The notes: generated from the sequence alone by a model not told the origin. 62,907 nt of DNA from a virus (IMGVR_UViG_3300048851_000073:1-62907); one strand, 5' to 3'. Counted from the stretch's first letter, positions 1-9,346 are shown. Numbers and translations are program-made.

Positions 1-2
1 GC

Positions 3-485
3 ATGACCGATTTCCCACAACGGGAGCTTGCGGTGGGTGCCGCGGCTCCTGACTTCACGCTGCGCGATCAGAACAATCAAGACGTCACGCTGTCGGACTA
101 CTTCGGCAAGAAGAACGTCTTGCTCGTCTTTTTCCCGATGGCCTTCACCGGCACGTGCGAGGGCGAACTGAGCATGGTCCGTGATCGGTTGCCCGACTTC
201 GACAACGACCACTCGGCGTTTGTCGCGGTGTCGGTCGGCACCTCACCGACCCACAAGGTGTGGTCGGCAGCCCAGGGTTATCTGTTCCCGATCTTGGCGG
301 ATTTCTGGCCGCACGGGCAGGTCGCCAAGGCCTATGGCGTTTTCAACAGCGACAAGGGTTACGCCAATCGCGGCACCTTCGTGGTCGACAAGACCGGGCA
401 CATCACATTCTCTGAGCAGATGGCTCCAGGGCAGGTCCGTGACCAGTCGCTTTGGGAGAAAGCCCTGGCCGCGCTAGATTCTTGA
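3..485 (+). CDS. ahpE: Peroxiredoxin, AhpE/AhpC-TSA family (host gene)
   Basis: APDFTLRDQN, FFPMAFTGTC peroxidatic Cys motif, ADFWPHG, RGTFVVDK; ahpE next to tRNA-Val matches Mycobacteriales synteny. Confidence 0.88.
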   Translation: MTDFPQRELAVGAAAPDFTLRDQNNQDVTLSDYFGKKNVLLVFFPMAFTGTCEGELSMVRDRLPDFDNDHSAFVAVSVGTSPTHKVWSAAQGYLFPILADFWPHGQVAKAYGVFNSDKGYANRGTFVVDKTGHITFSEQMAPGQVRDQSLWEKALAALDS

Positions 486-580
486 AGGTGTCTGACGCCT
501 TCTGGTGTCGGACGGGCGGCGAGTCCATGTTTTCTCTCGCCGTCGCGGCCGGTCGAACTCGCCTTCGATTCGGTCGCCCT

Positions 581-655
581 GCGCGTATAGCTCAGCGGTA
601 GAGCTCTGGTCTTACACACCAGCGGTCGGGGGTTCAAATCCCTCTGCGCGCACCA
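581..655 (+). tRNA. tRNA-Val(TAC), integration target
   Basis: Acceptor GCGCGTA/TGCGCGC-A-CCA, D arm TAGCTCAGCGGTAGAGC, anticodon arm CTGGT-CTTACAC-ACCAG, T loop GGTTCAAATCC. Confidence 0.97.
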
Positions 656-656
656 G
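604..656 (+). repeat. attL core (53 bp, 3' part of tRNA-Val)
   Basis: CTCTGGTCTTACACACC...GCGCGCACCAG identical to 62693-62745. Confidence 0.96.
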
Positions 657-674
657 GTCAGAGGGGTTATTTCC

Positions 675-1925
675 TCAATTTGAGTCTTGATCAGGCGAAG
701 TTGTCACAGGAATTGTCACATCTCCCGATAACTCTGCGTCGTTGTCACGCCGGGTTGTCACGAGGCCGGCCATTGTGTTCGCTGCGGCGAGAAGCGCCTG
801 GGGTTGGTTATGCACGTACCGAGCCATCGTGAACGATGCGGTCGCGTGGCCAAGCCAAGCCGAAACGGTCGGTATTGGAACGCCATTGAGAATCATGAGG
901 GTGGCGCAGGTATGCCGCTCGTCGTGCAGATTGATCACAGTGACCTTCGCCCGCGTACACGCGGCCTTCCACCGGTCCGTGAAGTAGTCGGGGTAATACG
1001 GTCGCCCAAGCGCATCGACGAGCACGTAACCGCTGTCCTGGTACTTCGATCCGGCCTCGGCACGCTCACGACGTTGGACAGCGCGTGCATGGAGTAGTGA
1101 CGTGTACACAGGATCTGGGATGGGCAGCATCCGTTTGGAGCGTTCAGTTTTCGGCTCGCCGATGATGACCTTGCCGTCCGCGATCGTCCGCGTCCTTACT
1201 ATCTGCATAGTGTGAGCATCCATGTCGATGTGGTCCCAGCCGAGCCCAGCGAGCTCTTGCTTACGCAGGCCCAGTGTCCCGAGTTGGTGCTGATGTCCAT
1301 CGCGATCACTGGCAGTCACGTCGAGTACGCGTTGCAGCTCTTCAATCGTCAGCGTTGGTCGTTCTGTGCTGTCGAGCGCAGGTGTATCGACGAGGAGGGC
1401 GACGTTGCGGGGGAGATGTCCCTGATCCACTTCGCTCTTCAGCATGAGCCGGATAGACCCCAGGATGTTGCGACGTGATTGCCCGTTCGATGGCCGACGC
1501 TTCTTTTCGTTGGGTCGCGGGATGTCGCCAGTCTTCAACTTCGCCATCAAGGTATCGATGTGGAACTTCTTTAGATCCTGCACAGGCAGGTCTCCATACA
1601 GCGCAATGAGTGGCTTGAGGCGGTTCTGATGACCCGTGCGGGTTGTTTCCTTCCAGCCCGGTCGTCCAGTGATCCATTGGTTGCAAGCCTCTTTTACGGT
1701 GTCTGGACGCTTGGAAACGTACGTTCCAGCAGCGCGCTGAGCGATGATCGTTGCGAGCGCGTTTCGGGCTTCTAACTCGGTGTCATATCGCTTTCTGAGC
1801 TGCTTTCGATGTTCGGCGGAAGTGCCGACGTCCACCGTGAGTTGATACTTCGTGACAGGCCGGCCATTTCTACGGACCTTGAGACTGACGGCTTTGATCT
1901 GCGGTGGTAATTGCTGCCTAGGCAT
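675..1925 (-). CDS. int: Tyrosine integrase
   Basis: GLRKQEL (catalytic R), PKT, LHDERHT (HxxR), WLGH, TMARYVH (catalytic Y). Confidence 0.96.
   Translation of the reverse strand: MPRQQLPPQIKAVSLKVRRNGRPVTKYQLTVDVGTSAEHRKQLRKRYDTELEARNALATIIAQRAAGTYVSKRPDTVKEACNQWITGRPGWKETTRTGHQNRLKPLIALYGDLPVQDLKKFHIDTLMAKLKTGDIPRPNEKKRRPSNGQSRRNILGSIRLMLKSEVDQGHLPRNVALLVDTPALDSTERPTLTIEELQRVLDVTASDRDGHQHQLGTLGLRKQELAGLGWDHIDMDAHTMQIVRTRTIADGKVIIGEPKTERSKRMLPIPDPVYTSLLHARAVQRRERAEAGSKYQDSGYVLVDALGRPYYPDYFTDRWKAACTRAKVTVINLHDERHTCATLMILNGVPIPTVSAWLGHATASFTMARYVHNQPQALLAAANTMAGLVTTRRDNDAELSGDVTIPVTTSPDQDSN
697..761 (+). repeat. Probable integrase arm-type sites (TTGTCAC x4)
   Basis: TTGTCAC at 701, 713, 742, 755; same motif recurs near attR. 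Confidence 0.7.
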
Positions 1926-1999
1926 GGGAGACCTCCTGATAAGGTACCCATTTTACGCCGCCGATTTTATTGTTGCTCTTAGTCTGCATAGTCGCGTCC

Positions 2000-2287
2000 C
2001 TAGGTGTCCAACATATCCCAATCGTCACCCAGTATCCATCGGAGTGCAGACAGTTTCCCGTTGATCATTCCCCATTCGAAGTCGTCGTGAACGCCGAGGT
2101 TCTCTTTCGCAAGACGTGCTTCCACCTTCCGCATCGCGGTCGTCATCCCATCCATGATGTCTTCATGGGGCATTTCCTCGGTACCATCGTGGATGTTGGC
2201 AAGCATCACGAGCTTTCGCTCGTACCAAACGAAGTCGCTGAGCCACTGTTCCTCTGCTCGGATCTCCTTAATTGTTCGTTTTGTCAT
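2000..2287 (-). CDS. Hypothetical protein (WGMINGKLSALRWILG motif)
   Basis: ORF with strong SD (AGGAGGAG) upstream. Confidence 0.7.
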   Translation of the reverse strand: MTKRTIKEIRAEEQWLSDFVWYERKLVMLANIHDGTEEMPHEDIMDGMTTAMRKVEARLAKENLGVHDDFEWGMINGKLSALRWILGDDWDMLDT

Positions 2288-2476
2288 TTCTCCTCCTATT
2301 CCCAGTAGAAGGCCAATGCTTTATAGTAGAGCTATGGCCCCGCTGCAACCGGGGCTTTTTTAGTTGTATCTCTATTATGTCACAGACGACCATTTACTTA
2401 AATACCTAACTATGCCATTAATAGGACATGAATTAGCGTCCGCTATTCATCGTCCACACGAAAGTTGGTTAGTAAC

Positions 2477-2788
2477 ATGGGTTTTCGCAGCGTAAGGGTA
2501 AGCGACATCAGCGGGATCGAGTTGAACGAAAGCGAAGCAGTGAACGTGGTGATCCGGGATCACCCGAAGAGCGAGCCTCGGCAGTTCGATGCATCGCAGG
2601 AGGAACTGAAAGCGCTCAAGACGGTCGGCAATCTGGTGTCCTTGGAATACCGGTTTGCCGATGGCACGAGTCAGGATGTGTTCGTCACTGCGACCGAATT
2701 CGCAAAGCTCGTTCCTGACGACAAGCTGTCCGGTTTCGACGCCGTTCGCGGTCGCCGGAAAGGGTTCCGACCCGGCGTTGCCGAGTAA
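2477..2788 (+). CDS. Hypothetical protein; N-terminus weakly reminiscent of an Lsr2 dimerisation domain
   Basis: MGFRSVRVSDISG start; stand-alone gene followed by hairpins. Confidence 0.55.
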   Translation: MGFRSVRVSDISGIELNESEAVNVVIRDHPKSEPRQFDASQEELKALKTVGNLVSLEYRFADGTSQDVFVTATEFAKLVPDDKLSGFDAVRGRRKGFRPGVAE

Positions 2789-2886
2789 CCCACAGACAAC
2801 CACCTGTCCCAACTACCCAGTCCCGTTTCACCTTGAGGCCAAAAGCTTCGGTGAAACGGGACTGTTTCAAATTCCAGACATGAAAT

Positions 2887-2920
2887 GCCCCGCTACCTTT
2901 CGGTAGCGGGGTTTGTATTT
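2887..2920. terminator. Bidirectional terminator hairpin
   Basis: CCCCGCTACC-TTTC-GGTAGCGGGG between convergent genes; second hairpin at 2818-2864. Confidence 0.7.
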
Positions 2921-3417
2921 CACGAAGCGGACACAACCTTGACGCTTTCCACCAAAGCCCAGCGTTCCGCCAGACCCACTCCATCGTTGTACGCCTGGAG
3001 CCAGTTGTCGTAACGTCGAGCATTGCCGTGCCAACCATCTTCGTTGATGGTCTTCACCATGTAGCGGTACTCCGTGGTGTTGAAGAGTAGATCAATCAGC
3101 TCGTCGGGGCACCCCAAGGTCTCGCCCTCTTGATCCGGTTGGCCGGCGAGCACGCAGTCACCCGCGATGAAGTCCATGCCTCTGTAGCGGTCGTTGTGGG
3201 TCCACAAGATCAGTGTCGCCTTGCGATTGAGTGGCAGACCAAGAATCTTACTTTCGTCATGTACAAATAGCGTGGCCGATGGTCGGTCCAGGTTGATGCA
3301 GTCGAACGGTCCGCCGACGTGTGTTTGGTACGCCCGGTAGTCGCCTTGCTCGATCTCGATCAACTCGATGTCGCGCTCTTCATCAGCGGGGATGAGAACG
3401 CATTTGATGGTGGTCAT
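2920..3417 (-). CDS. DUF3846-like protein
   Basis: YQTHVGGPFDCI, LFVHDESKILGLPLNRKAT, DFIAGDCVLAG; start moved to MTTIKC. Confidence 0.7.
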   Translation of the reverse strand: MTTIKCVLIPADEERDIELIEIEQGDYRAYQTHVGGPFDCINLDRPSATLFVHDESKILGLPLNRKATLILWTHNDRYRGMDFIAGDCVLAGQPDQEGETLGCPDELIDLLFNTTEYRYMVKTINEDGWHGNARRYDNWLQAYNDGVGLAERWALVESVKVVSAS

Positions 3418-3482
3418 GATGTGTCCTGTTCGTGAGATGTGCTCCACCCAGCGGGATTGCTGGACGGAGTGCTCCTCGCGAT

Positions 3483-3905
3483 CTAGAACTCGATGCGGTG
3501 GTTCACAGTCCCCGTCATGTACTCGTCGATCAGGTCCTTGCAACTCGAGTACCCGATACCGAACGCCGCGTAGTACCCCGCCGTGTTGAGACGCTTGATC
3601 CACTCGGCCTGGTCTCGGATGTGATCGTCGGCAACCAGTGAACCGTCGCGCTTTCGGATGTGCGTCCCGTCTACCTTGACCTCGATGTACAGACCCATGT
3701 AGTCCCCGAAGTCGGGGTGAGACTTCGCTGCTACGAACAGATCTGGGTATCCCGCGTCTCCGTTGAGCCCCTTATACAGCCCGCGTGAGTACCGGCTGGT
3801 GTTGTTGATTCCCGACAGATCAAAGTGGAATGGAGTCGAACGGTAGAACTGGCGCAGGTGCTGTGCGATGAGCCGGTAGATGTCGTTCTCGGCGTTACTG
3901 CGCAT
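3483..3905 (-). CDS. VRR-NUC (PD-(D/E)xK) nuclease
   Basis: AGYPDLFV...GLYIEVK...DQAEWIKRLNTAGY. Confidence 0.8.
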   Translation of the reverse strand: MRSNAENDIYRLIAQHLRQFYRSTPFHFDLSGINNTSRYSRGLYKGLNGDAGYPDLFVAAKSHPDFGDYMGLYIEVKVDGTHIRKRDGSLVADDHIRDQAEWIKRLNTAGYYAAFGIGYSSCKDLIDEYMTGTVNHRIEF

Positions 3906-4338
3906 CCGCCGATTCCTGTTTCCGGATCTCTTTGAGACTGCGTGAGATCGCCTTCGTCTTCGCAACGATGGTCCCTCGCACCTTGTCGGTAAGACCAGGC
4001 ATCTGCAGCCCAGCTACGTAGGCTGTCACTTCATCCAGGACGCCGTCGATCTCGTCAGTCGGCTTGTACCCCTCGATCCAGATGAACTCGTTTTCGTTGA
4101 AGATCTCCTTGACGTGCACAGCCTGGAACTCGCGGAGGTTCTTGAAGATCGCGATGCTCGACGTATCCGTCTGCCACTGGATGACTACCTTGCCGTCGGG
4201 AAACACGACCCCTTCGATGACCTTGCCGGTACCGCTGAGGTTCTTCCCATCTCTGTGGCGCACCATCATGAAAAGCCGAGACTTGCGTGTCGTTCGTACC
4301 GTTGGTTGCTTCTGTCTCACCTCCGCACCTCCAACCAA
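3895..4338 (-). CDS. Conserved phage hypothetical protein (SGTG-x-V-x-EGVVFPDG motif)
   Basis: Motif recognisable from phage proteins; start uncertain. Confidence 0.6.
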   Translation of the reverse strand: MVGGAEVRQKQPTVRTTRKSRLFMMVRHRDGKNLSGTGKVIEGVVFPDGKVVIQWQTDTSSIAIFKNLREFQAVHVKEIFNENEFIWIEGYKPTDEIDGVLDEVTAYVAGLQMPGLTDKVRGTIVAKTKAISRSLKEIRKQESADAQ

Positions 4339-4541
4339 CCTTCCGGCAGCTCAAGGCGTTTCTTGCGACTCTTCGGTTCCTCCCCATCCACGACTAGCTG
4401 GTTGGTCAGCTCATAGATGATCCCTAGCGAGTGCATGACGCCGCGTGCAAGGTAAGCGCGCAGGTCACGTTGTTGGTCGGGGTCAAGCTCGCCAACAACG
4501 TCTTCGATGGTGAGGAGGGGTGGTTGGTCGGGGGAGATCAT
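4317..4541 (-). CDS. Hypothetical protein
   Basis: Member of overlapping leftward gene chain. Confidence 0.55.
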   Translation of the reverse strand: MISPDQPPLLTIEDVVGELDPDQQRDLRAYLARGVMHSLGIIYELTNQLVVDGEEPKSRKKRLELPEGWLEVRR

Positions 4542-4753
4542 GAAGAGGCTTCCTCTTCTAGGATCGCCTCGATCAATCGTGCATCTTGCGCTCGGCTGTA
4601 GAGTTTGTAGTAGGTGGTCTCGCTGATCTCTCTCACCTGATCGACGGGCAGATCGCGTTCTGCAGCAATATCCTCAAGACGCCTATTAAGTCTGATGTCT
4701 TCCTTTATGACTGCGAAGACAATCGGAGAGATTCGCTGTTCGCTTGTCGTCAT
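4538..4753 (-). CDS. Hypothetical protein, possible HTH
   Basis: LEDIAAERDLPVDQVREI; 4-bp overlaps with neighbours. Confidence 0.5.
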   Translation of the reverse strand: MTTSEQRISPIVFAVIKEDIRLNRRLEDIAAERDLPVDQVREISETTYYKLYSRAQDARLIEAILEEEASS

Positions 4754-4977
4754 AACTGGTACTCCTCGACAACGACGGGTGCTGTCTCGGAAACAAAGTG
4801 TTCGTGAACAAGTTCGACAGCCTTTCGGTGCGCACCCCACAGGGTGTAACTCCACCCGAGAGACCCCTGATCCTTCGCCCTGTCCCAGTAGACGGTGATT
4901 CGATACCTGAAACCGTGGTTGTGTTTGCGGGAAATCCTTTCAATCACAACCTCGAATTTGCGCTGCGGATCGCTCAT
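4750..4977 (-). CDS. Hypothetical protein
   Basis: ATGA overlaps at both ends. Confidence 0.6.
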   Translation of the reverse strand: MSDPQRKFEVVIERISRKHNHGFRYRITVYWDRAKDQGSLGWSYTLWGAHRKAVELVHEHFVSETAPVVVEEYQL

Positions 4978-5165
4978 CCCTCTACCCCCATGATCGACGG
5001 GTAGGCCAGCGCCACCTTCGCCAACGCATCCTCGCGGCTCATCACGCCGTCGTCCACCTGTTTCATGGTGCGCTCGAACAAGACGTACGTCGCGAGACGT
5101 TTGATGCCTTCGACTCGGTGCTCACTCAGGTACTCGGATTGCTCAAATGGTGCTGCTTCGTTCAT
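4974..5165 (-). CDS. Hypothetical protein
   Basis: SD AGGA before MNEAAP; overlaps next gene. Confidence 0.55.
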   Translation of the reverse strand: MNEAAPFEQSEYLSEHRVEGIKRLATYVLFERTMKQVDDGVMSREDALAKVALAYPSIMGVEG

Positions 5166-5226
5166 GACATGTTTCCTGTTTAGGTTGTTACTGCGATACC
5201 TGGAAGATCCGTTGACCGGAATCAAG

Positions 5227-5915
5227 CCTCAAGCCGCGAAAGCTTGAGAAAATGGATCAACGGATCGTCGAGGTAGAGGACTCAATCAAGCGGGAGGGCT
5301 CCCAGATCAAGTCCCCAGTCACAAGGGCGAGGTGTACGGACACTTAAGATCCCTCTGCATCGTCCTCGTGACTGGTGTGGCATCGGCTAGCACTGTCGAC
5401 AGCCCGGCCCTGGATCAGAACCGATATGCGAGTTGTTACCTCGCCCGCTTCCGATGTGGTCCACACCGGGGGTTGAACATACAAGGCAGCTATCGTACTG
5501 CGATGTTCAGATATCGTCCTTCGATCCTATTAATCGGTTCTGAAACGCCGCAACGGTTCCTTTATGCCTTCCGTCGTGTGCCAGACGTCAAAACTGGTTG
5601 CCACTTGTATGCCCAGTTCTATCCAGGTAAGGGTGGATCACCTGGATAGAACTGGAGGATTAAGCGTATGGTGCTAGTAGGAACTCAGCCGATTATCTCG
5701 TTGTCGCAGTCAGACGATCTATTTTTAACCTGAAACCCAGGGCGACTCAGGTGCATTTGCTAGGCCATGTTGTTACTACCAGCACTACTACGCTTAATGC
5801 CTGATTTTCAATGTACCGTCCGACAGCCCTCGCAGTGCTGTCGGACGTGGGTGCCACAGTTGCCGTGAGTGGTGGTTCACACGGCCTTACCGTTCTAGAC
5901 GGAGTTTTACGGGCA
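5227..5915 (-). ncRNA. Candidate large structured ncRNA or ncRNA cluster (strand assumed from flanking genes)
   Basis: ~700 nt without a credible ORF in an otherwise gapless operon; many long stems and a possible kissing/pseudoknot pairing. Confidence 0.55.
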
Positions 5916-5916
5916 A

Positions 5917-6006
5917 CTAGCGGCGTCTTTTCAATGTGAATCGAATGATCGGAGTTGCTACGAAGATCACCAGGACCGTGAGGATGAACCGGAGTCCATC
6001 ACGCAT
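5917..6006 (-). CDS. 29-aa hydrophobic peptide MRDGLRFILTVLVIFVATPIIRFTLKRRR
   Basis: Hand-translated; overlaps end of 5999-6262 ORF; one TM segment plus basic tail. Confidence 0.45.
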   Translation of the reverse strand: MRDGLRFILTVLVIFVATPIIRFTLKRRR

Positions 6007-6262
6007 GGCTCTTGCCAAGCTTTCGCTCTAGGAATGCTCGACTTCTGATGTGCGCGTTGGCTTTTGCTTCGGCCCGTTCATCCTTAGCTGCGAGCTGCTG
6101 CCGCTTCGCTCGGCGGTGTAGGCCGATCATCTTCCGGAACGCGATCGAGGTGTGTTTCTCGAACTGCATTGTAAATATCTCAGGTGCTCTTTCGCCGGCA
6201 GCCTTAGCCTTCTCGGCGGCTTCTCTTTCGAGTTGCTGTGTTGTTTTGATTAGTGTGTTCAT
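5999..6262 (-). CDS. Hypothetical basic protein
   Basis: SD GGAGGGG; first gene after promoter at 6282-6310. Confidence 0.65.
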   Translation of the reverse strand: MNTLIKTTQQLEREAAEKAKAAGERAPEIFTMQFEKHTSIAFRKMIGLHRRAKRQQLAAKDERAEAKANAHIRSRAFLERKLGKSHA

Positions 6263-6281
6263 GTTTCCCCTCCTGCAAAAG

Positions 6282-6310
6282 ACTATGAGCCATTTAGTCT
6301 TTTATTGCAA
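6282..6310 (-). promoter_or_regulatory. Promoter P1: TTGCAA-17-CATAGT with AAATGGCT spacer motif
   Basis: One of five related promoters; DnaA-box-like 9-mers at 6319-6327 and 6341-6349. Confidence 0.7.
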
Positions 6311-6350
6311 GAGCAATCTTTTCCACATGTGCACAACTTTGGTGGATAAC

Positions 6351-7202
6351 TCAGTCGGATTTCTTCTTCTCATGAAAGGCAACAACTCCGTACATGCCGC
6401 CGACAAGTGTCGCATAAGCCAGGATATATCCAAGCACGACTGGGAAGAACGAGGCAGCAAGAAGTATTCCGGCACTAGTAGCAAAGATTGTGACGCCCTT
6501 GCCAAGCTGGCGGTCAGTAAGCTGGGGATAGCGTGACCTCAACTTTGCGACGATGGAAGCCGTGTGTGCGTCCAAATCAGTGTCCAAGTCGGGGAGTTCA
6601 TCGACCGCGTCTTCGTCGTCGTCGGTGATCTCCGCGAACACGGCGTCCAGGGCCTCGTAGTCCGCGTCAGTAATCTCGGTATCCAGGTCTTCGAGTACGT
6701 GCTCGACGCTCGGGGTCAGCACCTCGTCGCGGAAAGCCTGAACCACCTCCGGCGTGGTCTGTTGCTGGATTTCCTCGATCGTTTCTGACATATCGGCCGG
6801 CTCGTCCTCGCTGTCAGATGTTGGCGGCTTGAGACGACTGCCGTACTTGGTGTTCATGTCGTCGATGAATTGCTTAACCAGCGGAGACTCCGTGGCTGGC
6901 CGGGAGAATCGGGACACGTCAACAGGCTGATAGTGCAGCAGGAAGCCGGACATGTCGATCTTGTTTGCTTGGTTCTGTACCGCGGCCTGCAGACCGCTCC
7001 CATCTACCTTGTAGGTGCGCGTCAGGCTGTCTCGGGTGGGGCCGAGCAGCATCTGGGCGATGCTCTTCTGCAGATCTTCGCTTGTCTTCTGCATGTTGAG
7101 CGAGATCTTCGGTGGCTTGGACAGATTTCCGTATGCACCTCGATTGACCTCCCTCGTGAGGCGGTTAGCGAAGTCCTGATCGGCAGAGTAGTCACGTGGC
7201 AT
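6351..7202 (-). CDS. Acidic protein with two C-terminal TM helices
   Basis: D/E-rich centre, hydrophobic C-terminus. Confidence 0.65.
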   Translation of the reverse strand: MPRDYSADQDFANRLTREVNRGAYGNLSKPPKISLNMQKTSEDLQKSIAQMLLGPTRDSLTRTYKVDGSGLQAAVQNQANKIDMSGFLLHYQPVDVSRFSRPATESPLVKQFIDDMNTKYGSRLKPPTSDSEDEPADMSETIEEIQQQTTPEVVQAFRDEVLTPSVEHVLEDLDTEITDADYEALDAVFAEITDDDEDAVDELPDLDTDLDAHTASIVAKLRSRYPQLTDRQLGKGVTIFATSAGILLAASFFPVVLGYILAYATLVGGMYGVVAFHEKKKSD

Positions 7203-7525
7203 GGGGTAGCTCCTTCCGAAGCTGTAGAAGAGAAAGTTTACTGAGAACGGCGACGCTACCCATCTGATGACACGTGAATGCGTCAGATTGGCGGAGGGTG
7301 CGACGAGGGGAATTTCCCTCTATGTACTACTTTGGGGCACGTTTTACAGGTCCGCAAGGTTATTCGGACAACCTGCTGACCAGGCATTTCACCACATCAT
7401 CCGGGCAAGCACGTGCAGACAAAGAACGAACAGCCCTACGGCGCACATCGCGAGAACAGCGAGACCGACCACCAGGACCGCGACGATGGCAAATAGGTCG
7501 CGCAACGCGAGTAGAACGGTGCGAC

Positions 7526-7777
7526 TCATGACTGCACCTCGCCTCGGTACACGTACTCGAACAGACCTCCCTGCACCTGAACAGTAAGAATGTCGTGCCC
7601 TTCAGCTCGCAACTCAGCGAGACGGGCACTGTAGCGAAAGCAGATCTTGTTCAGTTCGCGGTTCGTGACTGTCCCTTCGGTCTTGAGCTTGCTGAGGATT
7701 CGCGCCGTCTTGGAAGACGGGTCATGCTTCGGCTTCTGGTCGGGGAGTACTGGGTGGATGGTGGTGGGGAGGGTCAT
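7526..7777 (-). CDS. Winged HTH protein
   Basis: VTNRELNKICFRYSARLAELRAEGHDI. Confidence 0.7.
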   Translation of the reverse strand: MTLPTTIHPVLPDQKPKHDPSSKTARILSKLKTEGTVTNRELNKICFRYSARLAELRAEGHDILTVQVQGGLFEYVYRGEVQS

Positions 7778-7995
7778 GACTCAGCCCTCCGCTCCTGCTC
7801 CCGGCGCAGCATCAGGTCGCCTTCGACTAGGAGCATCGTCATCCGGCCGAGCTTTGCGCGGGTCTCCGCTAGTTGGTCGTCCGACAGGTGCTCTGGGTCG
7901 GGGAGCAGTTGAAAGGTCCGGGTAAGCATGGTCTCGGCGGAGGAGAGGGTGTTTTCGAAGGGCGGGGTGGGGACGAAGTCAGGTCGCTCGGTCAT
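7774..7995 (-). CDS. Hypothetical protein
   Basis: 4-bp overlaps with both neighbours. Confidence 0.55.
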   Translation of the reverse strand: MTERPDFVPTPPFENTLSSAETMLTRTFQLLPDPEHLSDDQLAETRAKLGRMTMLLVEGDLMLRREQERRAES

Positions 7996-9092
7996 CCGAC
8001 CTTCTCCTGGAGCTTCACCTTCTCCCCTGTAGTAGTGGGTGTCCCTTCAGCGGGAGCATCTTCATACTCCAATAACGCTGTCAGCTCTTGCTTCAGTGCT
8101 TCCTTGAGCACCGCGAACGTGATCTCAGGAGACTGTCGAAATGCGGCGATCCTTGCGGCACGCAGGACGGTGTTCTTAACGTATCCACCAGTGATCTCGT
8201 AAGAGGCCAGCAGATCCCAGTCGATGTCGACAGCTAGCGGCGCCTTTGTGGGGAACATGCGCTTCCAGATCTCTTTGCGCAACTCCTGTGAAGGCATCTC
8301 AAAACGGATCTTCACCGCGATTCGCCGATCAAGCGCTTTGTCCAGGTTCGTTGAGTGGTTGGTGGTAAAGACGGTGACGCCCTTGTGGTTTTCCAACTTG
8401 TTCAATAGGACGTTGACCTGGGACACCTCCCACGATGCACGTGCGTTCTCACGACTGCCGAGCAAGGAGTCGCACTCGTCGAACAGGATCACTGCGTCGG
8501 AATGCTTGTCGAACATCTCGGCGATCTTCTTCTCGGTCTCACCGACGTACTTGTCCATGACCTCGGCAGCGGTGATGGTGATGAGGTCTTTACCTAGGTA
8601 GTCAGCGATCGCCTGTGCCATCAGTGTCTTGCCTGTGCCAGGAAGGCCGTGGAAGAGCAGGGATACGCCGGTGCCCTTCTCGATGGTGTCTTCGAAGCCC
8701 CAAGTCTTGAAGATGAGATCGCTGTTCTCGACGAGGGACAATGCCTCGACGATCATCTGCTTCTTGTACGACTCGATGATGACGGTGTCGAACAGGCTCT
8801 TGTCAGGGGAACGGAAATACTTGCCACGTGGATACTCGTCGTTGACTACGAAGTCGAAGCCAGCCACCTTAGGCGGCTTGGTCTTCTTGTCTCTACCGTA
8901 GTCACAGTCGGAGCAGTAGAAGCGATCGCCATCTACCTCTTCACCGCACTTGGGGCACTTGGTCAGACCTTCAACCCAAGAATACTTCTGGTCGTCAGAG
9001 CGACCAACTGATATGGAGCCGGTGTCGCCGAGCGTGAATGTGTACTCGCGCATGGCCTCTCGCAGATAATCACTGGAATCAAAACTTGCCAT
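7992..9092 (-). CDS. AAA+ ATPase (SpoVK/Cdc48-like) with N-terminal Zn ribbon
   Basis: GLPGTGKT, ILFDECD, TTNH..LDKALDRR; CPKC/CSDC. Confidence 0.9.
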   Translation of the reverse strand: MASFDSSDYLREAMREYTFTLGDTGSISVGRSDDQKYSWVEGLTKCPKCGEEVDGDRFYCSDCDYGRDKKTKPPKVAGFDFVVNDEYPRGKYFRSPDKSLFDTVIIESYKKQMIVEALSLVENSDLIFKTWGFEDTIEKGTGVSLLFHGLPGTGKTLMAQAIADYLGKDLITITAAEVMDKYVGETEKKIAEMFDKHSDAVILFDECDSLLGSRENARASWEVSQVNVLLNKLENHKGVTVFTTNHSTNLDKALDRRIAVKIRFEMPSQELRKEIWKRMFPTKAPLAVDIDWDLLASYEITGGYVKNTVLRAARIAAFRQSPEITFAVLKEALKQELTALLEYEDAPAEGTPTTTGEKVKLQEKVG

Positions 9093-9346
9093 CAGTCTAG
9101 GTCCCCTAAGTCGAGCTTCCGTGCTATGCGCCCGGCACCGCGTGACAGTTTCGATGCACTGTCTGCCATAGAACCCATGGCTTCAACTTCATGAGTCTTG
9201 ATGATGAGGAGCGTGAGGGAATCGGCAAGCTTGCTAGCACTGTCTGTGTCATCCTCTCTTAGTTTCTGATCAACGGCGTCTGCCAGGCTGTCCATAAGTC
9301 GAACAGTGACTTCGGCGCGCTTGTCGATCGTGGTTTCGCTAATCAT
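9092..9346 (-). CDS. Hypothetical protein
   Basis: Coupled to the AAA gene. Confidence 0.55.
   Translation of the reverse strand: MISETTIDKRAEVTVRLMDSLADAVDQKLREDDTDSASKLADSLTLLIIKTHEVEAMGSMADSASKLSRGAGRIARKLDLGDLD

Noticed and set aside
5227-5915. Phage tRNA cluster, or the 5332-5649 ORF as a real gene
   Set aside because: No cloverleaf with proper T and D loops found; the ORF is antisense to the operon with no SD or recognisable motifs
7262-7320. Hammerhead ribozyme at CTGATGA (7264-7270)
   Set aside because: No correctly placed GAAA or stem III; only simple hairpins
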